Source: an uncultured Clostridia bacterium (lineage in GTDB: Bacteria; Bacillota; Clostridia; Oscillospirales; Acutalibacteraceae). From it: 32,000 bases of DNA. Made by a program: the position numbers and the translations under genes. Location: assembly GCA_944384905.1 (NCBI GenBank), contig CALWVE010000041.1, forward strand, positions 68,985 through 100,984, given 5' to 3'. The notes under the pieces are model-generated. The model saw nothing but the letters and a program-made list of their open reading frames with translations, did no database searches and was not told where the DNA came from. Below, piece by piece: positions 29,740 to 32,000 of this stretch (position 1 is the first letter of the stretch; each line of letters begins with the position of its first letter).

Positions 29740-32000
29740 ATGAAATTTACCAAAGGTTACTGGCTGAATCTGCCCGGCGTTACCATCGCCGACGCTGTAC
29801 AGATTCGTCAGGTTCGCGCCGAAAACGATCGGCTCTATTTGTATGCCGTTCCCTATCCGCAGGATGAACGTGCGTTGGGCGGCCCTGTACTGGAAATGTA
29901 TGTCAGCGCGCCCGCGCCGGATATTCTTCGCATTCAGGCGGATCATTTTATCGGCAGCGCCAAGAAAATTCCTCAGTTTGAACTCAACTTCTCCCCCTGC
30001 TCGCTTAACATTCAGGAAGAAGAAAACAGCGTCACCGTAACCAACGGACGTCTTTCGCTGGTGATTCAGAAAAATCCGTGCGACATGACTTTTTATTGGG
30101 ACGGCGAATATCTCACACACGTCGGCAACCGTTTCGGCCATGCCATGATCAGCACCATCCAAACACCCGAAGGCCCGTATATGCGTGCCCAGCTCGATTT
30201 GGACGTGGGCGAAAAAGTCTATGGCTTGGGCGAACGCTTCACGCCGTTTGTGAAAAACGGACAGGTTGTGGATATGTGGAACGAAGACGGCGGTACCTGC
30301 AGCGAAATCGCCTATAAAAATATCCCGTTCTACCTGACCAACCGTGGCTATGGTGTGCTGGTCAATTCCAGCGACAAAGTTTCGTTTGAAGTCTGCTCCG
30401 AAGTCGTGACCCGCGTGCAGTTCAGCCTGCCCGGTGAATCGCTTGATTTCATGGTGATCGGCGGCGGTGAGATGAAAGGCGTGTTAGAGCGCTATACCGG
30501 CCTGACGGGCCGCCCGGCTTTGCCGCCTGCCTGGACGTTTGGCCTGTGGCTTTCTTCTTCGTTCACAACGTCTTACGATGAAGAGACCGTCAATCATTTT
30601 GTAGACGGCATGGCCCAGCGCGGCATCCCGCTTTCCGTCTTCCATTTCGATTGCTACTGGATGAGCGAAAACGAGTGGTGCAACTTTACCTGGGACAGCC
30701 GTGTTTTCCCCGATCCCAAAGGCATGCTGGCGCGCATGAAGGCGCGCGGCCTGCATATCTGCGTGTGGATCAATTCCTATATCGGGCAAAAATCTCCGCT
30801 GTTCAAAGAAGCCATGGAACATGGCTACCTGCTGCGCCGCCCCAACGGGGATGTTTGGCAATGGGATCTGTGGCAGGCCGGTATGGGTCTGGTGGATTTC
30901 ACGAACCCGGACGCCTGCGAATGGTTTAAATCCAAACTGCGCGCTCTGCTTGAAATGGGCGTGGATTGCTTTAAGACCGATTTCGGCGAACGCATCCCGA
31001 CGGACTGCGTGTATTTTGACGGTTCCGACCCAGAGCACATGCACAATTATTATACCTACTTATACAACAAAACCGTGTTTGAAGTATTGGAGGAATATAA
31101 AGGAAAAGGCGGCGCCTGCCTGTTTGCACGAAGTGCAACCGTAGGCGGACAGAAATTCCCGGCTCACTGGGGCGGCGACTGCACCTCCAACTATGTTTCC
31201 ATGGCGGAATCGCTGCGCGGCGGGCTTTCGCTGGCGCTGAGTGGGTTCGGCTTCTGGAGCCACGATATGAGCGGCTTTGAGGGCACCGCCTCGCCAGATG
31301 TTTATAAGCGCTGGGCGGCGTTCGGCCTGCTTTCCACCCATTCGCGGCTGCACGGTTCCCAGTCTTATCGCGTGCCGTGGCTGTTCGATGAAGAATCCGT
31401 AGACGTATTGCGGTTCTTCTCCAAACTGAAATGCCGCCTGATGCCCTATCTGTATGATGCTGCCGTACAGGCGCACGAAGAGGGCATCCCGGTTATGCGG
31501 GCAATGGTTTTGGCATTCCCGGGCGATATTGCGGCAGAAGACGCCGACCGGCAGTATATGCTGGGTGAAAACCTGCTGGTGGCTCCCGTTTTCCGTGAAG
31601 ACGGCCGCGTCGATTATTATTTGCCCGCCGGGAAATGGACGCACCTGCTTTCTGGCGACACCGCCCAAGGCGGCAGCTGGAAACGCGAAACCTACGACTA
31701 TTTCAGCCTTCCGCTGTTTGTCCGCTCCGGCAGCCTGATTGCGCTGGGCGAAGAGGAAGATCAGACCGTTTACGATTACACCGGCCGCTCCTGCCTGCAT
31801 CTGTTTGATCTTGCAGACGGACAGGAAGCTTCCTGCCGCACCTGTAATTCAGACGGCGTACATGAACGCACGGTAACCATCCGCCGCAAAGGAAACATGC
31901 TGCATGTACACGCCGAAGGCCGTTTCGAAAACACGCGCATCCAGCTGCGTAAGATGCCGGCGGTTCTCTCCTGCACCGGCTGCTCTTTTGAAGGGACAGA
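29740..32000 (+). CDS. yicI: GH31 alpha-xylosidase (YicI-like), 3' end beyond the window; not in the ORF track
   Basis: ATG at 29740 follows GAAGGGA. The frame stays open for 753 codons to the edge. MKFTKGYWL..., VYGLGERFT, YKNIPFYLTNRGYGVLVN, GRPALPPAWTFGLWL, VDCFKTDFGERIPTD, HWGGDC, GFGFWSHD and HSRLHGSQSYRVPW are colinear with E. coli YicI as I remember it. Confidence 0.92.
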   Translation, partial: MKFTKGYWLNLPGVTIADAVQIRQVRAENDRLYLYAVPYPQDERALGGPVLEMYVSAPAPDILRIQADHFIGSAKKIPQFELNFSPCSLNIQEEENSVTVTNGRLSLVIQKNPCDMTFYWDGEYLTHVGNRFGHAMISTIQTPEGPYMRAQLDLDVGEKVYGLGERFTPFVKNGQVVDMWNEDGGTCSEIAYKNIPFYLTNRGYGVLVNSSDKVSFEVCSEVVTRVQFSLPGESLDFMVIGGGEMKGVLERYTGLTGRPALPPAWTFGLWLSSSFTTSYDEETVNHFVDGMAQRGIPLSVFHFDCYWMSENEWCNFTWDSRVFPDPKGMLARMKARGLHICVWINSYIGQKSPLFKEAMEHGYLLRRPNGDVWQWDLWQAGMGLVDFTNPDACEWFKSKLRALLEMGVDCFKTDFGERIPTDCVYFDGSDPEHMHNYYTYLYNKTVFEVLEEYKGKGGACLFARSATVGGQKFPAHWGGDCTSNYVSMAESLRGGLSLALSGFGFWSHDMSGFEGTASPDVYKRWAAFGLLSTHSRLHGSQSYRVPWLFDEESVDVLRFFSKLKCRLMPYLYDAAVQAHEEGIPVMRAMVLAFPGDIAAEDADRQYMLGENLLVAPVFREDGRVDYYLPAGKWTHLLSGDTAQGGSWKRETYDYFSLPLFVRSGSLIALGEEEDQTVYDYTGRSCLHLFDLADGQEASCRTCNSDGVHERTVTIRRKGNMLHVHAEGRFENTRIQLRKMPAVLSCTGCSFEGT

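Noticed and set aside
29701-31800. Three minus-strand ORFs (29701-30162, 30484-31044, 31060-31800) listed by the track
   Set aside because: All are antisense to the YicI-like GH31 gene, which the track omits only because it has no stop inside the window.
1-32000. Looked for CRISPR arrays, tRNA/rRNA genes, IS elements, integrases and prophage remnants
   Set aside because: I found no direct-repeat/spacer arrays, no tRNA-like T-arm motifs in intergenic regions, and no transposase or recombinase-like translations in any frame of the track.

Overview
This is a chromosomal segment of a roughly 55% GC spore-forming Bacillota (Clostridia-like) genome. Supporting signs: spoIIP, metG-tatD synteny, GGAGG-type RBSs, TTGnnn-17-TATAAT/TATACT promoters and hairpin+T-run terminators. 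I call 31 protein genes. Left to right: tail of a Na+-pump decarboxylase operon (OadB-like plus a 45-aa OadG-like ORF), a small orphan ORF, ppa, a class I DAHP synthase, coaX plus an ECF S-component, an AT-rich GNAT + HExxH gene pair, and an ABC importer (SBP plus fused permease-ATPase) divergent from a Cys-rich Crp/Fnr regulator. Then DUF1294, an M23 peptidase, a Ser-rich membrane protein, spoIIP, copA divergent from a 39-aa ORF and copZ, and metG-tatD. The right half is a glycoside-utilisation neighbourhood: GHL6/GH42-like enzyme plus an unknown lipoprotein, GH88, an Eis-like GNAT, a TIM-barrel/GFO-oxidoreductase/TIM-barrel operon, a BspA-type LRR lipoprotein, a TM-GDPD-SLOG fusion and a GH31 YicI-like alpha-xylosidase. 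I saw no rRNA, tRNA, CRISPR, transposase or integrase. The most unusual items are the GDPD-SLOG fusion, the compact TIM/GFO/TIM operon, the FNR-architecture palindrome at about -41.5 of the ABC operon, and the AT-rich GNAT/HExxH islet. The ORF track misses three real genes: 273-410, 14408-14527, and the GH31 gene that runs off the right edge. It also lists many gene-length antisense shadow ORFs. All homology statements come from motif recognition by eye; no search was run.
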